From assembly GCF_057098645.1 (NCBI RefSeq), contig NZ_CM169472.1: a stretch of 64,000 nucleotides of DNA; one strand, given 5' to 3'. Each line of letters begins with the position of its first letter. Position 1 is the stretch's first letter. The notes below the pieces were generated by a model that was not told the origin of the DNA, did no database searches, and saw only the letters and a list, made by a program, of their open reading frames with translations. This document shows positions 27,701 through 38,914 of this stretch, one piece after another. The translations under genes were made by a program, and so were the position numbers.

Positions 27701-29378
27701 CTTCCCGGCGATGATTAGCGGACAGGAGCGTCTTGCCTGTATGGATGATGCCGCCAGGCTGCGCGATGCCCTCGGCGTACAACTACCAGAGTCTCTGCCA
27801 GAGATTTATTTGCATAGAGTCAGTTACCCGCTTCGCGACCTCTTTCTGCGCTATCTCCGGGCTCATGCTCTGGTCACGGCTGAACAACTGGCTCATGAGT
27901 TTAGTCTCGGTATTGCCATTGTCGAAGAGCAGCTTCAGCAACTGCGCGAACAGGGTCTGGTGATGAATCTGCAACAAGACATCTGGGTGAGCGATGAAGT
28001 ATTTCGTCGTCTGCGTTTGCGCTCGCTGCAAGCCGCCAGAGAAGCGACGCGTCCCGTTGCAGCCACGACCTATGCGCGATTGCTGCTGGAACGTCAGGGC
28101 GTATTACCCGCCACCGATGGTAGCCCGGCGCTCTTTGCCTCAACATCGCCAGGCGTTTATGAGGGCGTAGATGGCGTGATGCGGGTAATCGAACAGCTTG
28201 CCGGAGTCGGCTTACCCGCCTCACTCTGGGAAAGCCAGATCCTGCCTGCCCGCGTACGCGACTATTCGCCAGAAATGCTCGATGAATTACTGGCAACCGG
28301 TGCGGTTATCTGGTCGGGGCAAAAAAAACTGGGTGAAGATGACGGCCTGGTGGCACTGCATCTACAGGAATATGCTGCAGAATCGTTCACTCCCGCCGAA
28401 GCGGATCAGGCGAATCGTTCGGCGCTGCAACAAGCGATAGTCGCTGTTCTGGCTGACGGAGGAGCCTGGTTTGCACAACAAATCAGCCAACGGATACGCG
28501 ACAAAATCGGCGAATCGGTTGATCCCTCGGCACTGCAAGAGGCGTTATGGGCGCTGGTCTGGCAAGGCGTCATCACCAGCGATATTTGGGCACCGTTACG
28601 CGCCCTCACCCGCAGCAGTTCCAACGCACGCACCTCAACTCGCCGCAGTCACCGGGCTCGTCGTGGGCGTCCTGTCTATGCACACCCCGTCTCGCCGCGG
28701 GTATCTTACAACACACCAAATCTGGCTGGACGCTGGCCGTTATTGCAGGTGGAGCCACTAAACGATACCGAAAGGATGCTGGCGCTGGCGGAAAATATGC
28801 TCGACCGCTACGGCATCATCAGTCGTCAGGCGGTGATAGCCGAAAATATCCCTGGCGGGTTTCCATCGATGCAAACGCTTTGTCGAAGTATGGAAGACTC
28901 CGGGCGAATTATGCGAGGTCGTTTTGTAGAAGGTCTGGGGGGTGCGCAATTCGCTGAACGTCTGACTATTGACCGCTTGCGCGATCTGGCGACACAAGCC
29001 GCGCAAACGCGCCACTATACACCAGTGGCGCTCTCCGCCAACGATCCGGCTAATGTGTGGGGAAATCTTCTGCCCTGGCCTACACATCCGGCAACGCTGG
29101 TACCAACGCGTCGGGCGGGTGCGCTGGTGGTCGTTTCTGGCGGCAAATTGTTACTCTATCTGGCGCAAGGTGGCAAAAAAATGCTGGTCTGGCAGGAAAA
29201 AGAGGAATTACTCGCCCCAGAGGTTTTCCACGCGCTGACTACCGCACTGCGTCGCGAACCACGGCTGCGCTTTACGCTAACAGAAGTGAATGATCTACCG
29301 GTCCGGCAAACGCCGATGTTTACGCTGCTGCGTGAAGCGGGATTTTCAAGTTCGCCACAAGGGCTGGATTGGGGATAG
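24762..29378 (+). CDS. lhr: Large ATP-dependent helicase Lhr (superfamily 2)
   Basis: 1538 aa; Walker A (APTGSGKT) and DEVH box in the N-terminal helicase core. Confidence 0.92.
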   Translation: MADNPNPSSPLPDVFSPATRDWFLRAFKQPTAVQSQTWHVAARGEHALVIAPTGSGKTLAAFLYALDRLFREGGEDTREAHKRKTSRILYISPIKALGTDVQRNLQIPLQGIADERRRRGETEVNLRVGIRTGDTPAQERSKLTRNPPDILITTPESLYLMLTSRARETLRGVETVIIDEVHAVAGSKRGAHLALSLERLDALLHTSAQRIGLSATVRSASDVAAFLGGDRPVTVVNPPAMRHPQIRIVVPVANMDDVSPVASGTGEDSHAGREGSIWPYIETGILDEVLRHRSTIVFTNSRGLAEKLTARLNELYAARLQRSPSIAADAAHFESTSGATSNRVQSSDVFIARSHHGSVSKEQRAITEQALKSGELRCVVATSSLELGIDMGAVDLVIQVATPLSVASGLQRIGRAGHQVGGISKGLFFPRTRRDLVDSAVIVECMFAGRLENLTPPHNPLDVLAQQTVAAAAMDALQVDEWYSRVRRAAPWKDLPRRVFDATLDMLSGRYPSGDFSAFRPKLVWNRETGILTARPGAQLLAVTSGGTIPDRGMYSVLLPEGEEQAGSRRVGELDEEMVYESRVNDIITLGATSWRIQQITRDQVIVTPAPGRSARLPFWRGEGNGRPAELGEMIGDFLHLLADGAFFSGTIPPWLAEENTIANIQGLIDEQRNATGIVPGSRHLVLERCRDEIGDWRIILHSPYGRRVHEPWALAIAGRIHALWGADASVVASDDGIVARIPDTDGKLPDAAIFLFEPEKLLQIVREAVGSSALFAARFRECAARALLMPGRTPGHRTPLWQQRLRASQLLEIAQGYPDFPVILETLRECLQDVYDLPALERLMRRLNGGEIQISDVTTTTPSPFATSLLFGYVAEFMYQSDAPLAERRASVLSLDSELLRNLLGQVDPGELLDPQVIRQVEEELQRLAPGRRAKGEEGLFDLLRELGPMTVEDLAQRHTGSSEEIASYLENLLTVKRIFPAMISGQERLACMDDAARLRDALGVQLPESLPEIYLHRVSYPLRDLFLRYLRAHALVTAEQLAHEFSLGIAIVEEQLQQLREQGLVMNLQQDIWVSDEVFRRLRLRSLQAAREATRPVAATTYARLLLERQGVLPATDGSPALFASTSPGVYEGVDGVMRVIEQLAGVGLPASLWESQILPARVRDYSPEMLDELLATGAVIWSGQKKLGEDDGLVALHLQEYAAESFTPAEADQANRSALQQAIVAVLADGGAWFAQQISQRIRDKIGESVDPSALQEALWALVWQGVITSDIWAPLRALTRSSSNARTSTRRSHRARRGRPVYAHPVSPRVSYNTPNLAGRWPLLQVEPLNDTERMLALAENMLDRYGIISRQAVIAENIPGGFPSMQTLCRSMEDSGRIMRGRFVEGLGGAQFAERLTIDRLRDLATQAAQTRHYTPVALSANDPANVWGNLLPWPTHPATLVPTRRAGALVVVSGGKLLLYLAQGGKKMLVWQEKEELLAPEVFHALTTALRREPRLRFTLTEVNDLPVRQTPMFTLLREAGFSSSPQGLDWG

Positions 29379-29428
29379 AGAAAGGACTGACGGATGCCCG
29401 TTCGCATCCGTCAGTATTGCAGGACGGA

Positions 29429-29776
29429 TTATTCCGCGTCCGGCTCTTCAGACTTGTATTTAGCGGCAGTTTCTTTGATCAGCTGCTGCAGTTCGCCACG
29501 CTGATACATTTCGATCACGATATCACAACCGCCGACCAGCTCGCCGTCAACCCACAGTTGCGGGAAGGTCGGCCAGTTAGCATATTTCGGCAGTTCCGCA
29601 CGAATGTCCGGATTCTGCAGAATATCAACATAGGCAAAACGTTCGCCACATGCGGCAAGCGCCTGGACTGCCTGGGCAGAGAAACCGCAGCTCGGCAGTT
29701 TCGGTGAACCTTTCATGTACAGCAGGATCGGGTTTTCAGCAATCTGGCGTTGGATTTTTTCGATAGTGGTGCTCAT
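29429..29776 (-). CDS. grxD: Monothiol glutaredoxin Grx4
   Basis: 115 aa with the CGFS active-site motif. Confidence 0.93.
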   Translation of the reverse strand: MSTTIEKIQRQIAENPILLYMKGSPKLPSCGFSAQAVQALAACGERFAYVDILQNPDIRAELPKYANWPTFPQLWVDGELVGGCDIVIEMYQRGELQQLIKETAAKYKSEEPDAE

Positions 29777-30110
29777 TGTCTTGCTTCCTCAAACTTCTTT
29801 ACGGCAGTAATCTGACATTGTAGCGGGTCAGTGCGGCATCGGAAAATAACATTTTCATCACGCTTTAGCTATTTTATCCCTTTGCTCTATTTGTTGCATT
29901 TCAAATATTCGTTTCTTCCCAGATGCACGACAAACTGGCGTATTTATAACCATTTTTAGCTTTCACTGCTGCATTTTTTTGCGCTCGCCAACGAAACGTA
30001 TTTTTTAACAATAAAAGCTATTAACTTTCTCTTCTTCTATGCATTAGAATCATCAAGTTTTGTAAATCAGACGCAGGCATGGTAGACCTGCCTTAACAGA
30101 GGGACGCTCA

Positions 30111-30938
30111 GTGGCGCGGATAAACCGTATTTCGATCACGCTCTGTGCTTTACTTTTTACCACCCTGCCTTTAACGCCTATGGCCCATGCTTCAAAGCAA
30201 GCCAGGGAGAGTTCTGCTACCACTCATATCACCAAAAAAGCAGATAAAAAGAAAAGCACGGCAACCACCAAAAAGACCCAGAAAGCCAGCCAGAAAACAG
30301 CGAAAAAAGCCGCCAGTAAAAGTACGACCAAAAGCAAAACCGCTTCTTCCGTTAAAAAATCTTCCATTACCGCTTCTAAAAACGCCAAAACTCGCAGCAA
30401 ACTCGCCGTCAATAAAACGGCCTCAGCCAGCTTTACCGAAAAGTGTACCAAACGTAAGGGCTATAAATCGCATTGTGTGAAAGTCAAAAATGCCGCGTCA
30501 GGAACCCTTGCCGACGCACACAAAGCGAAGGTGCAAAAAGCCACAAAAGTGGCAATGAATAAACTGATGCAGCAAATTGGTAAGCCATATCGTTGGGGTG
30601 GCAGCTCACCGCGTACCGGTTTTGATTGCAGCGGCCTGGTTTATTACGCTTATAAAGATTTGGTGAAAATTCGAATTCCGCGTACGGCGAATGAAATGTA
30701 TCACCTGCGTGATGCAGCACCTATCGAACGTAGTGAACTGAAAAACGGCGACCTGGTCTTTTTCCGTACTCAGGGACGCGGTACAGCCGATCATGTCGGT
30801 GTGTATGTCGGCAACGGCAAATTTATTCAGTCACCGCGTACGGGTCAGGAAATTCAAATCACTTCTCTCAGTGAAGACTACTGGCAGCGCCACTATGTTG
30901 GCGCTCGCCGGGTAATGACCCCAAAAACACTTCGCTAA
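30111..30938 (+). CDS. mepH: Peptidoglycan DD-endopeptidase MepH (YdhO), NlpC/P60 family
   Basis: Signal peptide, Lys/Thr/Ser-rich linker, C-terminal NlpC/P60 domain (catalytic Cys in DCSGLV, His in DHVGVYVG). Confidence 0.88.
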   Translation: MARINRISITLCALLFTTLPLTPMAHASKQARESSATTHITKKADKKKSTATTKKTQKASQKTAKKAASKSTTKSKTASSVKKSSITASKNAKTRSKLAVNKTASASFTEKCTKRKGYKSHCVKVKNAASGTLADAHKAKVQKATKVAMNKLMQQIGKPYRWGGSSPRTGFDCSGLVYYAYKDLVKIRIPRTANEMYHLRDAAPIERSELKNGDLVFFRTQGRGTADHVGVYVGNGKFIQSPRTGQEIQITSLSEDYWQRHYVGARRVMTPKTLR

Positions 30939-31065
30939 AACTTTACCCTGTTGTTACGGCAACAGGGTAAGTTCATCTTTTGTCTCACCTTTTAATTTGC
31001 TACCCTATCCATACGCACAATAAGGCTATTGTACGTATGCAAATTAATAATAAAGGAGAGTAGCA

Positions 31066-31647
31066 ATGTCATTCGAATTACCTGCACTACCATATGCTAA
31101 AGATGCTCTGGCACCGCATATTTCTGCGGAAACTATCGAGTATCACTACGGCAAGCATCATCAGACTTATGTCACTAACCTGAACAACCTGATTAAAGGT
31201 ACCGCGTTTGAAGGTAAATCACTGGAAGAGATTATTCGCAGCTCTGAAGGTGGCGTATTCAACAACGCAGCTCAGGTCTGGAACCATACTTTCTACTGGA
31301 ACTGCCTGGCACCGAACGCCGGTGGCGAACCGACTGGAAAAGTCGCTGAAGCTATCGCCGCATCTTTTGGCAGCTTTGCCGATTTCAAAGCTCAGTTTAC
31401 TGATGCAGCGATCAAAAACTTTGGTTCTGGCTGGACCTGGCTGGTGAAAAACAGCGATGGCAAACTGGCTATCGTTTCAACCTCTAACGCGGGTACTCCA
31501 CTGACCACCGATGCGACTCCGCTGCTGACCGTTGATGTCTGGGAACACGCATATTACATCGATTATCGCAATGCACGTCCTGGTTATCTGGAGCACTTCT
31601 GGGCGCTGGTGAACTGGGAATTCGTAGCGAAAAATCTCGCTGCATAA
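31066..31647 (+). CDS. sodB: Fe superoxide dismutase
   Basis: 193 aa, recognised SodB ([20 protein letters not shown]...). Confidence 0.95.
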   Translation: MSFELPALPYAKDALAPHISAETIEYHYGKHHQTYVTNLNNLIKGTAFEGKSLEEIIRSSEGGVFNNAAQVWNHTFYWNCLAPNAGGEPTGKVAEAIAASFGSFADFKAQFTDAAIKNFGSGWTWLVKNSDGKLAIVSTSNAGTPLTTDATPLLTVDVWEHAYYIDYRNARPGYLEHFWALVNWEFVAKNLAA

Positions 31648-31757
31648 TAACTGATGGCAAATGCAGCATTGCCTGATGCGCTTCGCTTACCATGCCAACG
31701 CGGATGAGGCGTTAACAGCGCATTCGGCAAGATAAATCGCACGTTGTCAGCAACTGT

Positions 31758-31787
31758 AACGCAGAAGGTTATCCTTCTGCGTTTTTG
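31758..31787. terminator. Bidirectional terminator between sodB and ydhP
   Basis: aacgcagaagg-ttat-ccttctgcgtt followed by TTTTTG. Confidence 0.6.
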
Positions 31788-31792
31788 TTTAA

Positions 31793-32962
31793 TTAGCTGT
31801 TAGCAACGCAAACTGTTTCAGGTTGTTTTCTGGCTGACATAAACACCAGCAATAATGCCAGTCCCGCGACAATCGCCCCCATCACCGGCACAAAGCTGTA
31901 TCCCAGCCCAGCGGAAATTACCGCGCCACCAGCAGCTGCTCCCAGCGCATTTCCAAGATTAAAGGCACCAATATTGACTGATGAAGACAGACCTGGCGCT
32001 TCACTGGCGACACGCATCACGCGCATCTGTAACGGCGGTACGACCGCAAAGGTTGCTGCGCCCCACACCACCATGCTAATAGCTGCGCCGAACTCATTGC
32101 GGGCCAGGAACGGGATTGCCAGCATAATCACCATCAGCAGCAACAAAAAGCCTTTCAACGTGCCGTTAACTGAACGATCTGCCAGTTTGCCGCCGAGATA
32201 GTTACCGATAGAGAATCCGACACCAATCAGCACCAGCATTGCCGTGACGAACACTGGTGTTGCGTGGGTAATACTTTGCAGTACCGGAGAGATATAGGTG
32301 TAGAGAGTAAACATTGCACCAGCTCCCAGTACCGTCGTCAGCAATGCAGACAGCACCTGTGGACGCATTAATACCGCCAGCTCTTTTTTCACTTCAGGTC
32401 GTGCCCCTGCACCACCTTTAGGTAATGAGAAGAACAGACTTACCATTGAAATCACGCCCAGCCCCGCCGTTGCCAGAAATGACATCCGCCAGCCGATGGT
32501 TTCACCCAACCAGGTCGCCGCCGGCACGCCACCGATATTTGCCAGGGTTAACCCCATAAACATAGTGGCAACTGCGCTGGCCTGTTTATGTTTTGGCACC
32601 ACGCTTGCGGCCACGACTGAACCCAAACCAAAAAATGCTCCGTGATTCAGGCTGGTCAAAATGCGTGAAAGCATCAGGGTCATATAATCCGGCGCGATGG
32701 CGGAAAGTACGTTGCCTAGCGTGAAAATTGCCATCAGGAAAATCAACGCACTGCGGCGGGCACGATGAGAAAGTAGAAGCGTCATCAGCGGCGCGCCAAC
32801 CATTACGCCAACTGCATAGGCACTGATTAACATTCCGGCAGCGGGAATCGAGACATCCACACCGCGCGCAATGACGGGCAACAAGCCCATTGGCGAGAAC
32901 TCCGTTGTCCCGATACCAAACGCGCCAATCGCCAGCGCCAGCAACGGATAGTTAATTTTCAT
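31793..32962 (-). CDS. ydhP: MFS transporter YdhP
   Basis: 389-aa 12-TM MFS-like protein in conserved position. Confidence 0.88.
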   Translation of the reverse strand: MKINYPLLALAIGAFGIGTTEFSPMGLLPVIARGVDVSIPAAGMLISAYAVGVMVGAPLMTLLLSHRARRSALIFLMAIFTLGNVLSAIAPDYMTLMLSRILTSLNHGAFFGLGSVVAASVVPKHKQASAVATMFMGLTLANIGGVPAATWLGETIGWRMSFLATAGLGVISMVSLFFSLPKGGAGARPEVKKELAVLMRPQVLSALLTTVLGAGAMFTLYTYISPVLQSITHATPVFVTAMLVLIGVGFSIGNYLGGKLADRSVNGTLKGFLLLLMVIMLAIPFLARNEFGAAISMVVWGAATFAVVPPLQMRVMRVASEAPGLSSSVNIGAFNLGNALGAAAGGAVISAGLGYSFVPVMGAIVAGLALLLVFMSARKQPETVCVANS

Positions 32963-33127
32963 GCCTTATCTCCACCTCTTCGCGTCATTACGCGATATTC
33001 ATTAAAGTGGCGAAAGCATGACAGCAATCACAAAAAAATGAAAATAACAAAAAGAGAAAACACTTTTGCCATTTTGCTAACAAACAGGAAGGAGATGCGA
33101 GGGAGAACGCGCTCCCTCGAGAGGAAA

Positions 33128-33217
33128 TCAGTGCAGCGCGGCAGTCAAACCCACGGCTACGATCAAACCGAGGACGATAATCGTTGTTACCAGTGAAAAT
33201 TTAAGGTCGGTGCTCAT
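33128..33217 (-). CDS. ynhF: Small membrane protein YnhF (29 aa)
   Basis: Hand translation of the minus strand gives MSTDLKFSLVTTIIVLGLIVAVGLTAALH*; below the ORF-track cutoff. Confidence 0.75.
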   Translation of the reverse strand: MSTDLKFSLVTTIIVLGLIVAVGLTAALH

Positions 33218-33515
33218 CAAGTTTTCTCCTTTTTTATTACCACACAAAAAGTGATATTACGCATTTTTACACACTGTGATGAAAAAATCTCCCGTCATTT
33301 ATAATGATAAGTGTTTTTACCACTTCCCCTTTTCGTCAAGATCGGCCAAAATTCCACGCTTACACTATTTGCGTACTGGCCATTGACCCCTTCCTGACGC
33401 TCCGTGTCGTTTTTCCGGCGTACCGCAACACTTTTGTTGTGCGTAAGGTGTGTAAAGGCAAACGTTTACCTTGCGATTTTGCAGGAGCTGAAGTTAGGGT
33501 CTGGAGTGAAATGGA

Positions 33516-34541
33516 ATGGCAACAATAAAAGATGTAGCGAAACGAGCAAACGTTTCCACTACAACTGTGTCACACGTGATCAACAAAACACGTTTCGTCG
33601 CTGAAGAAACGCGCAACGCCGTGTGGGCAGCGATTAAAGAATTACACTACTCCCCTAGCGCGGTGGCGCGTAGCCTGAAGGTTAACCACACCAAGTCTAT
33701 CGGTTTGCTGGCGACCAGCAGCGAAGCGGCTTATTTTGCCGAGATCATTGAAGCAGTTGAAAAAAATTGCTTCCAGAAAGGTTACACCCTGATTCTGGGC
33801 AATGCGTGGAACAATCTTGAGAAACAGCGGGCTTATCTGTCGATGATGGCGCAAAAACGCGTCGATGGTCTGCTGGTGATGTGTTCTGAGTACCCAGAGC
33901 CGTTGCTGGCGATGCTGGAAGAGTATCGCCATATCCCAATGGTGGTGATGGACTGGGGTGAAGCAAAAGCTGACTTCACCGATGCGGTCATTGATAACGC
34001 GTTCGAAGGCGGCTACATGGCCGGGCGTTATCTGATTGAACGCGGTCACCGCGAAATCGGCGTTATACCCGGCCCGCTGGAACGTAACACTGGCGCAGGC
34101 CGCCTTGCCGGTTTTATGAAGGCGATGGAAGAAGCAATGATCAAGGTGCCGGAAAGCTGGATTGTGCAGGGTGACTTTGAACCTGAATCCGGTTATCGCG
34201 CCATGCAGCAAATCCTGTCGCAGCCGCATCGCCCTACTGCCGTCTTCTGTGGTGGCGATATCATGGCAATGGGCGCACTTTGTGCTGCTGATGAAATGGG
34301 GCTGCGCGTCCCGCAGGATGTTTCGCTGATCGGTTATGATAACGTGCGCAACGCCCGCTATTTTACGCCGGCGCTGACCACGATCCATCAGCCAAAAGAT
34401 TCGCTGGGTGAAACAGCGTTCAACATGCTGTTGGATCGTATCGTCAACAAACGTGAAGAACCGCAGTCCATTGAAGTGCATCCGCGCTTGATTGAACGCC
34501 GCTCCGTGGCTGACGGCCCGTTCCGCGACTATCGTCGTTAA
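33516..34541 (+). CDS. purR: Purine repressor PurR (LacI family)
   Basis: 341 aa, recognised PurR ([23 protein letters not shown]...). Confidence 0.95.
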
Positions 34542-35470
34542 TCACCCGTTGCGGGAGTCTCTTCCGGCTCCCGCAGCCACTCCTTATTCAGCGTCTCACT
34601 ATCGCCGAGATACTCAAGCAACCAGGTTAACGCAGGCGACATATCATTTTGCTGCCATGTCAGACAACATGCCGAATCCGGAAAGGGGTTTTCCAGTTCT
34701 AATGCTACCCACTTCCCCTCATTAAGCCACGGTTTGGCGAAATGTGTTGGCACCATCCCTATGCATAATCCTGCAGAGATACAGGTTGCCGATGATTCCC
34801 AGTCAGGTACGACAAGTCTTTTTTGGTTATCCAGCAACCAGGTAATACGTTTAGGTAGCGTTCGCGAGGTGTCTTCGCGCACCAACGACGGCCAGTTGCG
34901 CAACGTATCATCGCTGAACGGGCCATCCATCAACGCCAGCGGGTGGTGACTGGCAACAACGCAACTCCAGCTTAGCATCCCCATATCCCGGAAGGCATAA
35001 CGACCGCCTACCGGAATCGCGCGTGTTGCGCCAATCGCCAGTTCCACGCGCCCGTCGGAAAGCGCATCCCAGACACCGTTGAACACTTCCTGAAAGACAA
35101 GAAGTTCGACATCATCAAAATGGCGATAAAAATCAACGATCATCTGCCGTGTACGTTCTGGCCTGACAATATTATCCACTGCGATAGCTAACTGACCGCG
35201 CCAGCCGTTCGCTATCTGCTGACATTGCTGCCGAGTGATCTGCATTTTTTTGACAACAGAGCGCCCTTCTTTGAGAAACCACGCTCCGGCAGCGGTCAGC
35301 TCCACATCACGGTGCCGTCGTTCAAACAGCGGCACCGCCAGCCACTCTTCCAGCTGACGTACGGTATAGCTGACCGCAGAAGGAACGCGATGCAGCTCCT
35401 GTGCCGCAGCGCTAAAACTACCATTACGCGCTACCGCATCAACAACTTCGAGTGAATATTCTGACCACAT
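34538..35470 (-). CDS. punR: LysR-family regulator PunR (YdhB)
   Basis: 310-aa LysR-type protein, divergent from punC; its 3' end overlaps the purR stop. Confidence 0.85.
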
Positions 35471-35582
35471 AGTCTGCCTGCAAAATTTTTGAAACCAGTC
35501 ATCAAATATTACCGTTTCACAACACTAATTTCACTCCCTACACTTTGCGGCGGTGTTTAATTGAGAGATTTAGAGAATATAC

Positions 35583-36794
35583 ATGCAACCTGGGAAAAGA
35601 TTTTTAGTCTGGCTGGCGGGTTTGAGCGTACTCGGTTTTCTGGCAACCGATATGTATCTGCCTGCTTTCGCCGCCATACAGGCCGACCTGCAAACGCCTG
35701 CGTCTGCTGTCAGTGCCAGCCTTAGTCTGTTCCTTGCCGGTTTTGCCGCAGCCCAGCTTCTGTGGGGGCCGCTCTCCGACCGTTATGGTCGTAAACCGGT
35801 ATTATTAATCGGCCTGACAATTTTTGCGTTAGGTAGTCTGGGGATGCTGTGGGTAGAAAACGCCGCTATGCTGCTGGTATTGCGTTTTGTACAGGCTGTG
35901 GGTGTCTGCGCCGCGGCGGTTATCTGGCAAGCGTTAGTAACGGATTATTATCCTTCACAGAAAGTTAACCGAATTTTTGCGACCATCATGCCGCTGGTGG
36001 GTCTGTCTCCGGCCCTGGCTCCTCTGTTAGGAAGCTGGCTGCTGGTCCATTTTTCCTGGCAGGCGATTTTCGCCACCCTGTTTGCCATTACCGTTGTGCT
36101 GATTCTGCCTATTTTCTGGCTCAAACCCACGACGAAGGCCCGTAACAATAGTCAGGATGGTCTGACCTTTACCGACCTGCTACGTTCTAAAACCTATCGC
36201 GGCAACGTGCTGATATACGCAGCCTGTTCAGCCAGTTTTTTTGCATGGCTGACCGGTTCACCGTTCATCCTTAGTGAAATGGGCTACAGCCCGGCAGTTA
36301 TTGGTTTAAGTTATGTCCCGCAAACTATCGCGTTTCTGATTGGTGGTTATGGCTGTCGCGCCGCGCTGCAGAAATGGCAAGGCAAGCAGTTATTACCGTG
36401 GTTGCTGGTGCTGTTTGCTGTCAGCGTCATTGCGACCTGGGCTGCGGGCTTCATTAGCCATGTGTCGCTGGTCGAAATCCTGATCCCATTCTGTGTGATG
36501 GCGATTGCTAATGGCGCGATCTACCCGATTGTTGTCGCCCAGGCGCTGCGTCCCTTCCCACACGCAACTGGTCGCGCCGCAGCGTTGCAGAACACTCTTC
36601 AACTGGGTCTGTGCTTCCTCGCAAGTCTGGTAGTTTCCTGGCTGATCAGTATCAGCACGCCATTGCTCACCACCACCAGCGTGATGTTATCAACAGTAGT
36701 GCTGGTCGCGCTGGGTTACATGATGCAACGTTGTAAAGAAGTTGGCTGCCAGAATCATGGCAATGCCGAAGTCGCTCATAGCGAATCACACTGA
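35583..36794 (+). CDS. punC: MFS purine nucleoside transporter PunC (YdhC)
   Basis: 403-aa MFS transporter divergent from punR. Confidence 0.85.
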   Translation: MQPGKRFLVWLAGLSVLGFLATDMYLPAFAAIQADLQTPASAVSASLSLFLAGFAAAQLLWGPLSDRYGRKPVLLIGLTIFALGSLGMLWVENAAMLLVLRFVQAVGVCAAAVIWQALVTDYYPSQKVNRIFATIMPLVGLSPALAPLLGSWLLVHFSWQAIFATLFAITVVLILPIFWLKPTTKARNNSQDGLTFTDLLRSKTYRGNVLIYAACSASFFAWLTGSPFILSEMGYSPAVIGLSYVPQTIAFLIGGYGCRAALQKWQGKQLLPWLLVLFAVSVIATWAAGFISHVSLVEILIPFCVMAIANGAIYPIVVAQALRPFPHATGRAAALQNTLQLGLCFLASLVVSWLISISTPLLTTTSVMLSTVVLVALGYMMQRCKEVGCQNHGNAEVAHSESH

Positions 36795-37084
36795 TCTATA
36801 TCGATATACTTATACTTAGGCTGCTAACAAAATTTTGTTGTATGATTGAAATTAGCGGCCTATACTAATTTCGAGTTGTTAAAGCTACGATAAATATTAT
36901 GTTTTTACGGGGACAGGATCGTTCCCGACTCACTATGGATGGTCATTTCGGCAAGGGTTCTTCCTTTCCCTCTGTTCTACGTCGGATTATAGACTCGCGG
37001 TTTTTTCTGCGAGATTTCTCACAAAGCCCAAAAAGCGTCTACGCTGTTTTAAGGTTCTGATCACCGACCAGTGATGGAGAAACT

Positions 37085-38233
37085 ATGAGTTCATCGTGTA
37101 TAGAAGAAGTCAGTGTACCGGATGACAACTGGTACCGTATCGCCAACGAATTACTTAGCCGTGCCGGTATAGCCATTAACGGTTCTGCCCCGGCGGATAT
37201 TCGTGTGAAAAACCCCGATTTTTTTAAACGCGTTCTGCAAGAAGGCTCTTTGGGGTTAGGCGAAAGTTATATGGATGGCTGGTGGGAATGTGACCGACTG
37301 GATATGTTTTTTAGCAAAGTCTTACGCGCAGGTCTCGAGAACCAACTCCCCCATCATTTCAAAGACACGCTGCGTATTGCCGGCGCTCGTCTCTTCAATC
37401 TGCAGAGTAAAAAACGTGCCTGGATAGTCGGCAAAGAGCATTACGATTTGGGTAATGACTTGTTCAGCCGCATGCTTGATCCCTTCATGCAATATTCCTG
37501 CGCTTACTGGAAAGATGCCGATAATCTGGAATCTGCCCAGCAGGCGAAGCTCAAAATGATTTGTGAAAAATTGCAGTTAAAACCAGGGATGCGCGTACTG
37601 GATATTGGCTGCGGCTGGGGCGGACTGGCGCACTACATGGCGTCTAATTATGACGTAAGCGTGGTTGGCGTCACCATTTCTGCCGAACAGCAAAAAATGG
37701 CTCAGGAACGCTGTGAAGGCCTGGATGTCACCATTTTGCTGCAAGATTATCGTGACCTGAACGACCAGTTTGATCGTATTGTTTCTGTGGGGATGTTCGA
37801 GCACGTCGGACCGAAAAATTACGATACCTATTTTGCGGTGGTGGATCGTAATTTGAAACCGGAAGGTATATTCCTGCTCCATACCATCGGTTCGAAAAAA
37901 ACCGATCTGAATGTTGATCCCTGGATTAATAAATATATTTTCCCGAACGGTTGCCTGCCCTCTGTACGCCAGATTGCTCAGTCCAGCGAACCCCACTTTG
38001 TGATGGAAGACTGGCATAACTTCGGTGCTGATTACGATACTACGTTGATGGCGTGGTATGAACGATTCCTCGCCGCATGGCCAGAAATTGCGGATAACTA
38101 CAGTGAACGCTTTAAACGAATGTTTACCTATTATCTGAATGCCTGTGCAGGTGCTTTCCGCGCCCGTGATATTCAGCTCTGGCAGGTGGTGTTCTCACGC
38201 GGTGTTGAAAACGGCCTTCGAGTGGCTCGCTAA
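37085..38233 (+). CDS. cfa: Cyclopropane-fatty-acyl-phospholipid synthase
   Basis: 382 aa with SAM-binding motif VLDIGCGWG. Confidence 0.93.
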   Translation: MSSSCIEEVSVPDDNWYRIANELLSRAGIAINGSAPADIRVKNPDFFKRVLQEGSLGLGESYMDGWWECDRLDMFFSKVLRAGLENQLPHHFKDTLRIAGARLFNLQSKKRAWIVGKEHYDLGNDLFSRMLDPFMQYSCAYWKDADNLESAQQAKLKMICEKLQLKPGMRVLDIGCGWGGLAHYMASNYDVSVVGVTISAEQQKMAQERCEGLDVTILLQDYRDLNDQFDRIVSVGMFEHVGPKNYDTYFAVVDRNLKPEGIFLLHTIGSKKTDLNVDPWINKYIFPNGCLPSVRQIAQSSEPHFVMEDWHNFGADYDTTLMAWYERFLAAWPEIADNYSERFKRMFTYYLNACAGAFRARDIQLWQVVFSRGVENGLRVAR

Positions 38234-38272
38234 AGGCTATTCTATCGCCCCCTCTCCGGGGGCGATTTCAGA

Positions 38273-38914
38273 TCAGGCTTCTGTACCTGGTTGATTCATG
38301 GCATTTTCTCGTGCCGCCAGCACACGTTCTACCGTATCTACCACTGCCTGAGTTTGTGGATCGATTTCAATGTTGACGCGTGCGCCAAGTTTTTTCTTCC
38401 CAAGAGTCGTGCGTTCCAGTGTTTCCGGAATTAAATGGACGCAAAAACGCGTTGGCGTGACTTCGCCGGCGGTCAGGCTAATACCGTCGATGCCAATAAA
38501 TCCTTTGTACAGGATATATTTCATCAACTGACTATCCTGGACTTTAAACCAGATCTGGCGATTATTTTCCGAGGTTAATATTTTCGCCACTTCAGCGGTG
38601 GTCATAATATGACCTGACATTAAGTGTCCGCCAATTTCATCACTGAATTTCGCCGCACGCTCAACGTTTACCCAATCCCCCACTTTTAAATCGCCAAGAT
38701 TGGTAATGCGCAACGTTTCTTTCATCAGGTCAAAACTGACATGGTTGCCGTTAATTTCCGTCACGGTCAGGCAGCAACCGTTATGCGCCACGGACGCACC
38801 GGTTTCCAGGCCGTCCAGCATGTGGTCGGGTAACTCCACCACATGCGTGCGAAAATTTGGTTTCTCGTCAATCGACACCAGTTTTGCGGTGCCCTGTACA
38901 ATCCCCGTAAACAT
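38273..38914 (-). CDS. ribC: Riboflavin synthase alpha subunit
   Basis: 213 aa, recognised sequence ([15 protein letters not shown]...). Confidence 0.92.
   Translation of the reverse strand: MFTGIVQGTAKLVSIDEKPNFRTHVVELPDHMLDGLETGASVAHNGCCLTVTEINGNHVSFDLMKETLRITNLGDLKVGDWVNVERAAKFSDEIGGHLMSGHIMTTAEVAKILTSENNRQIWFKVQDSQLMKYILYKGFIGIDGISLTAGEVTPTRFCVHLIPETLERTTLGKKKLGARVNIEIDPQTQAVVDTVERVLAARENAMNQPGTEA

Noticed and set aside
30187-30480. Alternative-frame ORFs (+97 aa, -75 aa) within the mepH linker
   Set aside because: Produced by the low-complexity Lys/Thr-rich coding stretch; no independent start signals.
33642-34481. 279-aa ORF antisense to purR
   Set aside because: Shadow ORF inside a well-supported conserved gene.
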